Shown here in pieces: positions 44,932-52,823 of a DNA stretch of 64,000 nt. The notes beneath the pieces were generated by a model. That model did not search any database and was not told the origin of the DNA. It was given only the letters and a program-made list of their open reading frames with translations. Source of the stretch: an uncultured Eubacteriaceae bacterium (GTDB lineage Bacteria; Bacillota; Clostridia; Lachnospirales; CAG-274). The stretch covers positions 12,881 through 76,880 of the forward strand of contig CAMVJD010000007.1 of NCBI GenBank assembly GCA_947167715.1, read 5' to 3'. Position 1 is the stretch's first letter. Each line of letters begins with the position of its first letter. A program made the position numbers and the translations under genes.

Positions 44932-47472
44932 TTATCTCTTGTTGTAGATAGCTGTTCTTGTTTCAGCATCCCAGTCTACAGATACACCAAGTGCCTGGCC
45001 AAGAGCTCTGAAAGGTACGAACATTCTGCTGTCTGTGATCTCAGCGACTACGCCGTTCTCCATAGGAATGCTTGTGCCGTCAACTACCATGTAGTTGCTG
45101 CCAGCCTGGAACTGAATGATCTTCTGGCCGTTACCAGCTGCGTAAAGGATAGTAGCAGTCTTGCTGTTAGCATCCCAAGCGATCTTGCTTGTGTTGTCAG
45201 CATCTGTTACAGCTGCCTGGTCAACACCAAGTGCAAGAGCAACGAATCTTAACGGAACCATAGTAGAGTTGCTGCTTGTCTGGATGTAAGCTGCTACGTC
45301 CATATCAACAGGCTCGCCGTCCATTGTGATTGTCTTTTCGCCGATAGTAACTTCTACAACACCGTCAAGTGTACCAGCCTCGGTAACGATGTTTACATAG
45401 TTGTCAAAGCTGTAACCGTCAGTTGTATCGAAGTAGCATCTGTCATCGTTTACGTAGTTGCCGTTTGAATCCTTGTCTTCTACGTTACCGATCTTGATGT
45501 CATAGATCTTGTTATCAATGTTCTTTCTGTAGTTGTTGATAACAGCGTCACCGCTTACCTTAAGGTCATATGAGCCGTAAGGTACGGAACGTGTTGTACC
45601 AACTGTAAGGTTAGAAACTGTGATTGAAGAAGGCTCTGTGTAAGAAGTCTTGTCAACCTTGAAGGAGATGTAACCTTCCTTAACTTCGAAGTTCTTGATC
45701 TCAAGCTCGCCGTCGATTGAGTACTCAACGTTTGTATCGTTGAAACCTAACTCGTAGTTACCGAACTTCTTGTCATCGAATGAAAGCTCAACTTCCTTGC
45801 CGTCAAGTAATACGCCGTCCTGTGCCTCTGTGATTGTTACATCAGCAGCGTCGAATACCTGATAACCCATGTTTACGCTTGTTTCAGCAGACTCGATTGT
45901 GATAGGAGCAACTGCCTCAGCAATTACAACATCCTCAAGAGTATCAGCTGCAAGACCAGCACCAGCTACTGCAAGTGTTACGTCGCCAACGAAATCAGCG
46001 TCGATTGAAAGGTAAAGCTCAAACTTGAACTCGATACCTTCGTCCTTTGTATCGCTGTAGTTACCTGTAAGACCGCTGTTGATCTTAAGAACCTTACCGT
46101 CGCCGGAGATATAAGATCTATCTTCGATAGCGCTCTTATCCTTCTTTGTGCCGTTCTTCTCTTGGATTCTGTTTACCTTATCGTAATCAACCTTAACGAT
46201 CTTAACGCCCTCGGGAAGTGTGAACTGAAGCTTTCTGCTGTCGATCCATGTATCCTTAGCTGTTTCCTTGAATACAACCTTAGCTGTCTTGAAGTCGTCT
46301 TCGTCAAGATCCTTTGTGTTTGCATAGTAAGTTCTACCGGAAAGGATTGTAGGAACTTCGCCCTCTACTGTCATTTCCATACCGTAGTCTACTCTTTCAC
46401 CAACCTTGATGGTTTCCTTTGTGATACCAGCATCGCTACCGCTTACAGTAACGTTGATATCGCCCCAGTTCTTATCTTCATCCTCAGGCTCAACAACGAT
46501 CTGACCGTCGCCATCCTTGGAGCTACCGATTACGATAGAAGAAGCAAGGCTTGTGCCGCTGCCTACCCAAGATGAAGGAATTGTGAATGTAAGGTAGCTG
46601 TCATCCTCGGGCTCTACATAGAAAGCATCGCCGGAGATGTTGATACCAGGAGCAACCTTAACTTTGCTGCTTGTGATCTTGAAGCCGCCGTTAACTCTTA
46701 CCTTAACCTTGCCGCCTGCCTTGAAGCTGCCCTTTACAGATTCCTTGATTGTGATGGGGCTAAGAGCGATAGACTCTGTACCTGTCTTGATCTTATCAAC
46801 TGTAGTAACTGTAGAACCATCTTCTGAAGATGTTGTAGCTACTGTGTGAGTTGTGCTGGAAACAGAAGTACCGTTAGCATCGATAGAAACCTTGATATCT
46901 TCTTCGCCGCTTGTAGCAACAGCTACGATCGGGATCGAGTAGTAAGGCTTACCGGGAGTGATAACGCCTGCTTCGTCAGCTGCACCTGTAGGAACGGGAG
47001 CAAGGAATACCTGGATCTGAGTATCGTTGATCTTCTTGATCATCCAGGGAAGCTCGGAGCTCTTTGACTTTAATAACTTATCGTATGCGTCGATAACGCC
47101 GAGGTTCTTATCTGTCTCTGACATGTTCTCTTTAACGTTTGCCTTAAGTTCATCAAAGATGCTGTCGTATGTCACGCTGTTGGGGCCTGAATAAACAGGA
47201 ATATACATATCGTTAACGTTGTCTGAATTCTTGTGGTCTAAGTCGAACTCACCGTTTTCGATATCGATGATGATGGAGTTACCTGAAGGGTTGCTCTCAT
47301 CATACTTGATTGCAGCCTTAGGCTCAATCTTTAAGTTTACGTTCTTGATAACTTCGTCATCCTTAACGTTGTCGATTCTGTCAACGCTGTTGCTTGATGC
47401 TGCCATTGCGCTTATAGGAAGCATTGCAGTTGTCATTACAGCCGCTAACATGATAGCAATTTTTCTTTTCAT
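44932..47472 (-). CDS. Large secreted surface protein (S-layer-like candidate) with tandem C-terminal copper-amine-oxidase-N-like stalk domains
   Basis: The signal peptide is MKRKIAIMLAAVMTTAMLPISAMA. The body is long and beta-rich. The C-terminus has MVPLRFVALALGV...WDANSKTATI and MFVPFRALGQALGVSVDWDAETRTA. Codon choice resembles that of the r-protein genes. Confidence 0.75.
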   Translation of the reverse strand: MKRKIAIMLAAVMTTAMLPISAMAASSNSVDRIDNVKDDEVIKNVNLKIEPKAAIKYDESNPSGNSIIIDIENGEFDLDHKNSDNVNDMYIPVYSGPNSVTYDSIFDELKANVKENMSETDKNLGVIDAYDKLLKSKSSELPWMIKKINDTQIQVFLAPVPTGAADEAGVITPGKPYYSIPIVAVATSGEEDIKVSIDANGTSVSSTTHTVATTSSEDGSTVTTVDKIKTGTESIALSPITIKESVKGSFKAGGKVKVRVNGGFKITSSKVKVAPGINISGDAFYVEPEDDSYLTFTIPSSWVGSGTSLASSIVIGSSKDGDGQIVVEPEDEDKNWGDINVTVSGSDAGITKETIKVGERVDYGMEMTVEGEVPTILSGRTYYANTKDLDEDDFKTAKVVFKETAKDTWIDSRKLQFTLPEGVKIVKVDYDKVNRIQEKNGTKKDKSAIEDRSYISGDGKVLKINSGLTGNYSDTKDEGIEFKFELYLSIDADFVGDVTLAVAGAGLAADTLEDVVIAEAVAPITIESAETSVNMGYQVFDAADVTITEAQDGVLLDGKEVELSFDDKKFGNYELGFNDTNVEYSIDGELEIKNFEVKEGYISFKVDKTSYTEPSSITVSNLTVGTTRSVPYGSYDLKVSGDAVINNYRKNIDNKIYDIKIGNVEDKDSNGNYVNDDRCYFDTTDGYSFDNYVNIVTEAGTLDGVVEVTIGEKTITMDGEPVDMDVAAYIQTSSNSTMVPLRFVALALGVDQAAVTDADNTSKIAWDANSKTATILYAAGNGQKIIQFQAGSNYMVVDGTSIPMENGVVAEITDSRMFVPFRALGQALGVSVDWDAETRTAIYNKR

Positions 47473-47590
47473 TTCATATCCTCCTTAAAAATTTGAAAAA
47501 AAAGTTGTGTAGAGGTTTTTTATTGATTTACCTCTCATACGTTTACCATTATAGCACCACAAAATCCTGACGTCAACAAACTTTTTGAAA

Positions 47591-47839
47591 TGTAACAATA
47601 TTGTAACATTTGTAACATTAAATCAATCTTTCGACCGTTTAGTGTTTTGTTTGTTGTTTTGTGCTGTTTTGTTTTGCTTGAAAACAATATAGCACGTTTA
47701 AAAACAAAATGCAAGTGTTTTTGGGTGTTTGTTAGATATCTGTAATATTTCTGATATTTTCGTAATAATTGTTGATAGTTCCCGAAACATAGCCGTATTT
47801 TAAGGGCCGTTTGTGTAACATTGTAACATCTGCGTAACA
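47591..47839 (-). promoter_or_regulatory. Two triplets of TGTAACA direct repeats in the long upstream region of the surface-protein gene
   Basis: TGTAACA at 47591, 47602 and 47611. TGTAACA at 47814 and 47822, plus CGTAACA at 47833. A candidate promoter TTGCAT-17-TATATT (minus strand, 47714-47686) lies between the two clusters. Confidence 0.45.
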
Positions 47840-47845
47840 ATATAG

Positions 47846-47880
47846 GAAGAAAAAGGGAGGGCACTTGTGATACCCTCCCC
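47846..47880 (-). terminator. Intrinsic terminator after the fumarate-hydratase beta gene
   Basis: The minus strand reads GGGAGGG-TATCACAAGTG-CCCTCCC followed by TTTTTC. Confidence 0.75.
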
Positions 47881-47930
47881 GTTGATTTGACGTAATTTTT
47901 TATAATTAGCGCAGTATAAATATTTATTTT

Positions 47931-48482
47931 TTATTGTTTTTTGTATTTAGGCGGCTCGCTTTCGTAAAGATTGTTTCCCTCACAGTCTATAATAACTATG
48001 CCCGGGAAGTTCTCCACCTTTAATTCGTGTATGGCCTCGGAGCCCAGGTCGTCATAAGCAACAACGCGGCATTCCTTTATGCATTCACTTATAAGCGCGC
48101 CCGCGCCGCCCACCGCGCCTATATATACGGCGGTGTTTTTCTTCATTGAGTCAACTACCTCTTTGCTTCTTGCGCCCTTGCCTATCATACAGGTAAGGCC
48201 CAGATCCATTGTGCGCGGAGAATATGCATCCATGCGGTAGCTGGTGGTCGGACCCACCGAGCCGATGGGCTCTCCCGGCTTTGCGGGTGCGGGGCCCGCA
48301 AAATATATTGCCGCATCCTTAAGGTCTATCGGCAGCTCAATGCCCTTGTCAAGGTTTTCGAGCATTCTTTTGTGTGCCGCATCGCGCGCGGTATATATTG
48401 TACCCGTTATTGTAACGCTGTCACCCGCTTTAAGGCCCCTGACAACATCCTTTGTTATTGGAGTATGTATATCTTTCTTCAT
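47931..48482 (-). CDS. Fe-S type hydro-lyase beta subunit (class I fumarate/tartrate dehydratase C-terminal domain)
   Basis: GD.V.ITG.IYTARDAAHKR, YFAGPAP, IGKG.R. 183 aa. No alpha-subunit gene is adjacent. Confidence 0.8.
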   Translation of the reverse strand: MKKDIHTPITKDVVRGLKAGDSVTITGTIYTARDAAHKRMLENLDKGIELPIDLKDAAIYFAGPAPAKPGEPIGSVGPTTSYRMDAYSPRTMDLGLTCMIGKGARSKEVVDSMKKNTAVYIGAVGGAGALISECIKECRVVAYDDLGSEAIHELKVENFPGIVIIDCEGNNLYESEPPKYKKQ

Positions 48483-48501
48483 ATATAGATCCTCTTTTAT
48501 A

Positions 48502-48957
48502 TCAATATTTTATATTATCCTCTTTTGCGGCGTATTCGGCAAAGACCTCAAGGCAATCCTCTCTGTCCGTTTCGGTCAGCTCTATGCCGCCCTCGCCCTT
48601 AAGCACCTTGTAAAAATCGCTGTCCTTAAAGCCGATTTTTTCGGTATCGTCAATATTGCAGCCGTAATATACCTTTTCTATGCCCGCCCAGAGTATTGCG
48701 CCCAGACACATAGGGCAGGGCTCTGCGGTTGTATACAGCTCGCTGCCCTTTAAGGAAAAGCTTTGCAAAGCGGCACAGGCAGCGCGTATAGCCATGATCT
48801 CGCCGTGGCAGGTGGGGTCGTTGTTTTCCACGACCATATTGTGACCTTTTCCTATTATAGTGCCGTTTTTTACAATAACACAGCCAAAGGGGCCGCCGTG
48901 GCCGCTTCTTATGCCCGACTGCGCTTCTTTTACGGCTTCCTTCATATATTTATTCAT
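48502..48957 (-). CDS. CMP/dCMP-type zinc deaminase (nucleoside/guanine/tRNA-adenosine deaminase-like)
   Basis: GGPFG..IV, CHGEIMAIRAA (the H[AG]E zinc motif), and EPCPMCLGAI (PCxxC). Confidence 0.8.
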   Translation of the reverse strand: MNKYMKEAVKEAQSGIRSGHGGPFGCVIVKNGTIIGKGHNMVVENNDPTCHGEIMAIRAACAALQSFSLKGSELYTTAEPCPMCLGAILWAGIEKVYYGCNIDDTEKIGFKDSDFYKVLKGEGGIELTETDREDCLEVFAEYAAKEDNIKY

Positions 48958-48974
48958 ATTGACCCCCGCAATTT

Positions 48975-50339
48975 TTATTTTACTATGCTTTCACCCAGCT
49001 TATAAACATCGCCCGCGCCCATTGTAATAAGTATATCCCCGCTTTGGCAGTTTTGGCGAAGATATTTCTCTGCCGAGTCAAAATCGGGCTGATATACCGC
49101 ATTTGCGCCGCCCAGCGCATTTATTTTTTCGACAAGGTCCTTGGAATGTACAAGTCCCGTGTCCTTTTCGCGTGCTGCATAGATATCAAGTATGACTACC
49201 TTATCGGCCTTGGTGAGCGCCTGTGCAAATTCGTCAAGCAGATCGTGCGTTCTTGTATAGGTATGGGGCTGAAAAACTATCCACAGCGTTTTGCCGCTGC
49301 CCGAGCGTGCGCTGTTTATCGTAGCGGCAATTTCCGTCGGGTGGTGGGCGTAATCATCCACAACGGTCACACCGTTAAATTCTCCCTTGTGCTGGAAGCG
49401 GCGATCGACTCCCTTATAATTGTCAATGCCCCTTACTATGGCAGCGGTATCAAGCCCGTATACCTTTGCAATGGCAAATGCCGCAAGCGAATTGTAAACA
49501 TTGTGAAGACCGGGTATCGAAAGCTCTATCTCAGCCTGCTTTTCGCCCTTATAGCAAGCCGTATATCTGCCGAAGCCCGCCGCATTAAAGCTTATATTTT
49601 CGGCAGTCCAATCGCCTGTTTTGCCGTATGTCACTATATTTGCCTCAACACCGTCGGTTATTTCGGCATAATTTGGTATTTCGGTATTTATGACCAAGGT
49701 ACCGCCCTTTGGAAGACGTTTTGCAAAAGCGTTAAACGAGTGTCTTATATGCTCTATTCCCGAAAAATAATCCGTATGATCCTTGTCTACATTTAAGATA
49801 ACGGCGCTGTGCGGAGCAAATTTAAGAAAGCTGTCCCGGTATTCGCAGGTCTCCACCAGAAAATAATCATTTTTACCTATACGGAAATTTCCGCCTATGG
49901 TATTAAGCACACCGCCAAGCGAAACGGTCGGGTCAGTATCCGCCGCAAGGAAGATCTCGGTCAATATGGAGGAAGTGGTGGTCTTGCCGTGAGTACCCGC
50001 AACCGAAATGGGATATTTATAATTTTTCATTATTATACCCACCAGCTCGGCGCGGTCTATTACCTTTGCACCGCTTGCTTTTGCCGCCGTAAGCTCCGGA
50101 TTATCCGCAGAGATAGCCGCGGTATATACTATAAGCTGCATATCGCTTGAAATATTTTCCGCCTTTTGGCCGATATAAACCTTTATACCAGTCCTTTCAA
50201 GGTGTTCCGTAAGCGCCGATGCCTTCATATCGCTGCCCGATACCGTTTTGCCCTCATGCGCAAGTATTTCCGCAAGGCTTGACATACTTATGCCGCCAAT
50301 GCCGATAAAGTGTATTCTGTTAATATCTTTTATATCCAT
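48975..50339 (-). CDS. murC: UDP-N-acetylmuramate--L-alanine ligase
   Basis: IHFIGIGGISMSSLAEIL, AGTHGKTTTSS, DYAHHPTEI. Confidence 0.95.
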   Translation of the reverse strand: MDIKDINRIHFIGIGGISMSSLAEILAHEGKTVSGSDMKASALTEHLERTGIKVYIGQKAENISSDMQLIVYTAAISADNPELTAAKASGAKVIDRAELVGIIMKNYKYPISVAGTHGKTTTSSILTEIFLAADTDPTVSLGGVLNTIGGNFRIGKNDYFLVETCEYRDSFLKFAPHSAVILNVDKDHTDYFSGIEHIRHSFNAFAKRLPKGGTLVINTEIPNYAEITDGVEANIVTYGKTGDWTAENISFNAAGFGRYTACYKGEKQAEIELSIPGLHNVYNSLAAFAIAKVYGLDTAAIVRGIDNYKGVDRRFQHKGEFNGVTVVDDYAHHPTEIAATINSARSGSGKTLWIVFQPHTYTRTHDLLDEFAQALTKADKVVILDIYAAREKDTGLVHSKDLVEKINALGGANAVYQPDFDSAEKYLRQNCQSGDILITMGAGDVYKLGESIVK

Positions 50340-50442
50340 AATAATTCACCTCTGTAATTCGTTTCTTTAATTATATACCATATATCAAAAAAAGCAAAGT
50401 ATTTTTTTAGGATATTTTTTGTCAAATTGCTCTAAAAGCAAA

Positions 50443-50729
50443 ACCCGGGTACAAGACCCGGGTCAGACTGTCAAAAAAGTTATTTTATACTATACGTTAT
50501 GAATTATTTAAAGCTATTTCATTTTATTAAGTAACTTTGGCGTCGCAGACTTCTAATCCGCAGGCGGAAACCGCGTTTTCGCCGAGGAGCAAAACTTGTT
50601 TTTGCTACAGATATTCGGGCAAGTGTATCTTTGATGCGCGCAGCCCGAATGTGATTTGACGGAAAATGTCAATTTTCCGTCAAGGCTGTCGACTTTATCG
50701 ACAGCCAGACCCGGGTACAAGACCCGGGT
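50443..50729. repeat. Hairpin array bounded by a 21-bp direct repeat (ACCCGGGTACAAGACCCGGGT)
   Basis: The repeat lies at 50443-50463 and 50709-50729. Between the copies are perfect hairpins with 7- to 12-bp stems, each with a different sequence. Confidence 0.7.
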
Positions 50730-50736
50730 GTGGTTA

Positions 50737-51564
50737 TTAACCGATTATTGTTACAACAAAGTTGTAGTTTGTGCCGCCGATCGTGCTTTCGGCTCTGAGA
50801 AGGCTTACGCCCTTGCCCTCGCCGGCAACGATGAACTTGTCATCCTGTACGCCTACGGCATTGTCCTTAAGGCCTTCAACGCTGTATACATAGTTTGTAA
50901 GGTCGTCGCCAAGGTACTTTGAAAGGTTTGTAAGAGAATTTCTCTTTACCTTGATCTCTTTGGTAACATAGTTGTCCGCAACGGTTACATAAAAATCGTA
51001 AACGGTAGTAAATCTTGTTGCTGTGATGTGTACGATACCGGGCTTGAGAGCGGTTATCTTACCCTGCTTGATAGCAACGATATTCTTGTCGGAGAATCTC
51101 CAGTTGTATTTGTCGTATTTAAGACCCGGTTCAAGCATATTTGTAAGAGGGAATTTATCCTTAACGCCCATTGTAAGGTATCTTTCGGTATGTGCGATAG
51201 TTTCGCCGCGTGAATTTCTGCCGTCGTTTACCTTTGACGACTGGGAAACGATATCCTGATAGCCCGAGAAGTTCTTTAATACCTTAATTTTAAAGGAATA
51301 TTCAACGCCATTTGACGAGCCGGAGATAAGAGCCGTTCCCGTTTTTGATGCGGTTACGTTGTTACCGCTTATTTTTACCACGCCGGGCGCACTATTTGAC
51401 CAACTTATACCCGAAGCCCCCGCCTTAAGGTAAGTGTCAAGGCTTTTGGTTTCTCCCGCGCCCATTGTTATGTTCATTGATACGTTGGTATCGGCCATAA
51501 CAAACGCTGCACTGCTTAAAACCATAACCAGTGTCATAAATGCTGCAATAATTTTTTTGTACAT
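50737..51564 (-). CDS. Secreted protein with bacterial Ig-like (Big_2-type) domains
   Basis: Signal peptide present. VVKISGNNVTASKTGTALISG and IVAIKQGKITALKPGIVHITA are Big_2-like strands. Confidence 0.65.
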   Translation of the reverse strand: MYKKIIAAFMTLVMVLSSAAFVMADTNVSMNITMGAGETKSLDTYLKAGASGISWSNSAPGVVKISGNNVTASKTGTALISGSSNGVEYSFKIKVLKNFSGYQDIVSQSSKVNDGRNSRGETIAHTERYLTMGVKDKFPLTNMLEPGLKYDKYNWRFSDKNIVAIKQGKITALKPGIVHITATRFTTVYDFYVTVADNYVTKEIKVKRNSLTNLSKYLGDDLTNYVYSVEGLKDNAVGVQDDKFIVAGEGKGVSLLRAESTIGGTNYNFVVTIIG

Positions 51565-51596
51565 TTTTAGTCCTCCTTATTTTTTAGACATTGTCC

Positions 51597-51613
51597 GGTC
51601 AACTTTGTTGACC
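51597..51613. promoter_or_regulatory. Perfect 7-3-7 palindrome GGTCAAC-TTT-GTTGACC upstream of the Big_2 protein gene
   Basis: Seen directly in the sequence. It lies 33-49 nt upstream of the ATG at 51564. Confidence 0.35.
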
Positions 51614-51862
51614 AATATATCGCCATATATAAGGTATTGTATCATATTTTTCCGCATTTGTCCAGCATTTGGGGTAGATTAAAATTTTTTCGTTATTTGT
51701 GACAAATTAAACTATTAAAATTGTATTAAATTAACAATCACACTTTTACCAATATGTCAAGCAAAAAATTTTATTTTGCCACTTAAAATTAAACAAAATT
51801 ACAAAACACGCTTTTTAAGGGCGGTTTTGCAGCATTATTTTTCTATATAAAATATGCGAATT

Positions 51863-51994
51863 TGTGGATAACTTACCCTTTAAAATGTGGATAAAGTGGA
51901 TAACTGTGTGAATAACCGTTTTAAGCCCCTTTCAACGTGTGGAAATGTTGATGGTTTTTGTGGATAAACCCTTATTTGCACCAAGTTATCCACA
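51863..51994. promoter_or_regulatory. DnaA-box cluster
   Basis: Perfect TGTGGATAA at 51863, 51886 and 51959, and a perfect TTATCCACA at 51986. One-mismatch boxes lie at 51895 (AGTGGATAA) and 51907 (TGTGAATAA). A weaker box, TGTGGAAAT, lies at 51938. Confidence 0.75.
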
Positions 51995-52075
51995 AACGAT
52001 ATTTATTTCGGTTTTTATCGAAAATAAATTTTGTTGTTTTTTGACAAAATTAAAAAATCCGTCAAATATTGCTTG

Positions 52076-52108
52076 ACAAAAAAGCGACATTTCATAACGA
52101 AATGCCGC
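52076..52108 (-). terminator. Intrinsic terminator after rpmJ
   Basis: The minus strand reads GCGGCATTTC-GTTAT-GAAATGTCGC followed by TTTTTTG. Confidence 0.75.
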
Positions 52109-52157
52109 AAGTAAATTTCTAATATTAAAAATTTAAGTATATTGTGCTATATGAAAA

Positions 52158-52271
52158 TCAGCCCTGCTTTTGCTTATGCTTGGGATTTTCACAGATTATT
52201 CTTACAGAGCCTTTTCTTCTGATAACTCTGCACTTTTCGCACATTGGTTTTACAGATGGTCTAACCTTCAT
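52158..52271 (-). CDS. rpmJ: 50S ribosomal protein L36
   Basis: Not in the ORF track (37 aa). Hand translation gives [37 protein letters not shown]. Confidence 0.95.
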   Translation of the reverse strand: MKVRPSVKPMCEKCRVIRRKGSVRIICENPKHKQKQG

Positions 52272-52284
52272 TTTTATTCTCCTT

Positions 52285-52503
52285 TCACTTATCTCTCCAG
52301 GTAATCCTGCCCTTTGACAGATCGTAGGGAGACATCTCTACGCGCACCTTGTCGCCGGGAATTATTTTAATAAAGTTCATACGCAGCTTACCCGAAATAT
52401 GAGCAAGAATTTTATGTCCGTTTTCCAGTTCAACTTGAAACATGGCGTTGGGAAGCTTTTCAAGGACAGTTCCCTCAACCTCTATAACATCATTTTTTGC
52501 CAA
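52285..52503 (-). CDS. infA: Translation initiation factor IF-1
   Basis: [26 protein letters not shown]...AHISGK.R...I.I.PGD.V. Apparent TTG start after AAGGAGGA. Confidence 0.95.
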   Translation of the reverse strand: MAKNDVIEVEGTVLEKLPNAMFQVELENGHKILAHISGKLRMNFIKIIPGDKVRVEMSPYDLSKGRITWRDK

Positions 52504-52515
52504 GGTATATCCTCC

Positions 52516-52803
52516 TTAATTTTTGTCGCCAAAATAAGTTTTTAACGCCTTTCTTATATCCGAATCCATCAGATATTCACTGTCATTAAGCTTACGGTTT
52601 ATTTCTGTATCTACATACTTTGTGATCTGAACGTGTATTTTCTTTTTTTTCTTTGGTTTTTCAAGCCTGCGAAGCTTGCCGTCAACGAGGTATACATGAT
52701 CCGCATCGACATCGACAACAATAAAAGCCATGCCCTTATCTCTGCCGCTTTTTGAAAACACTACCTGACCCTTTGTGTACAATACATTCACCCCTTCACT
52801 CAA
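52516..52803 (-). CDS. KOW-domain RNA-binding protein (conserved between map and infA in Clostridia)
   Basis: GQVVFSKSGRDKGMAFIVV is a KOW-like motif. The start codon is uncertain (the ORF track uses TTG). Confidence 0.7.
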   Translation of the reverse strand: MSEGVNVLYTKGQVVFSKSGRDKGMAFIVVDVDADHVYLVDGKLRRLEKPKKKKKIHVQITKYVDTEINRKLNDSEYLMDSDIRKALKTYFGDKN

Positions 52804-52823
52804 TATCTATCAGTGATATTGGC

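Noticed and set aside
47535-47864. 109-aa minus-strand ORF
   Set aside because: It lies in the AT-rich leader/upstream region of the surface-protein gene, has no RBS, and translates the CA-rich tract and the TGTAACA repeats.
51680-52000. Calling this the chromosomal replication origin outright
   Set aside because: The box cluster and AT-rich tract are real. However, dnaA, dnaN and rpmH are absent from the window, and I could not identify DnaA-trios. It is reported as a DnaA-box cluster to be tested, not as oriC.
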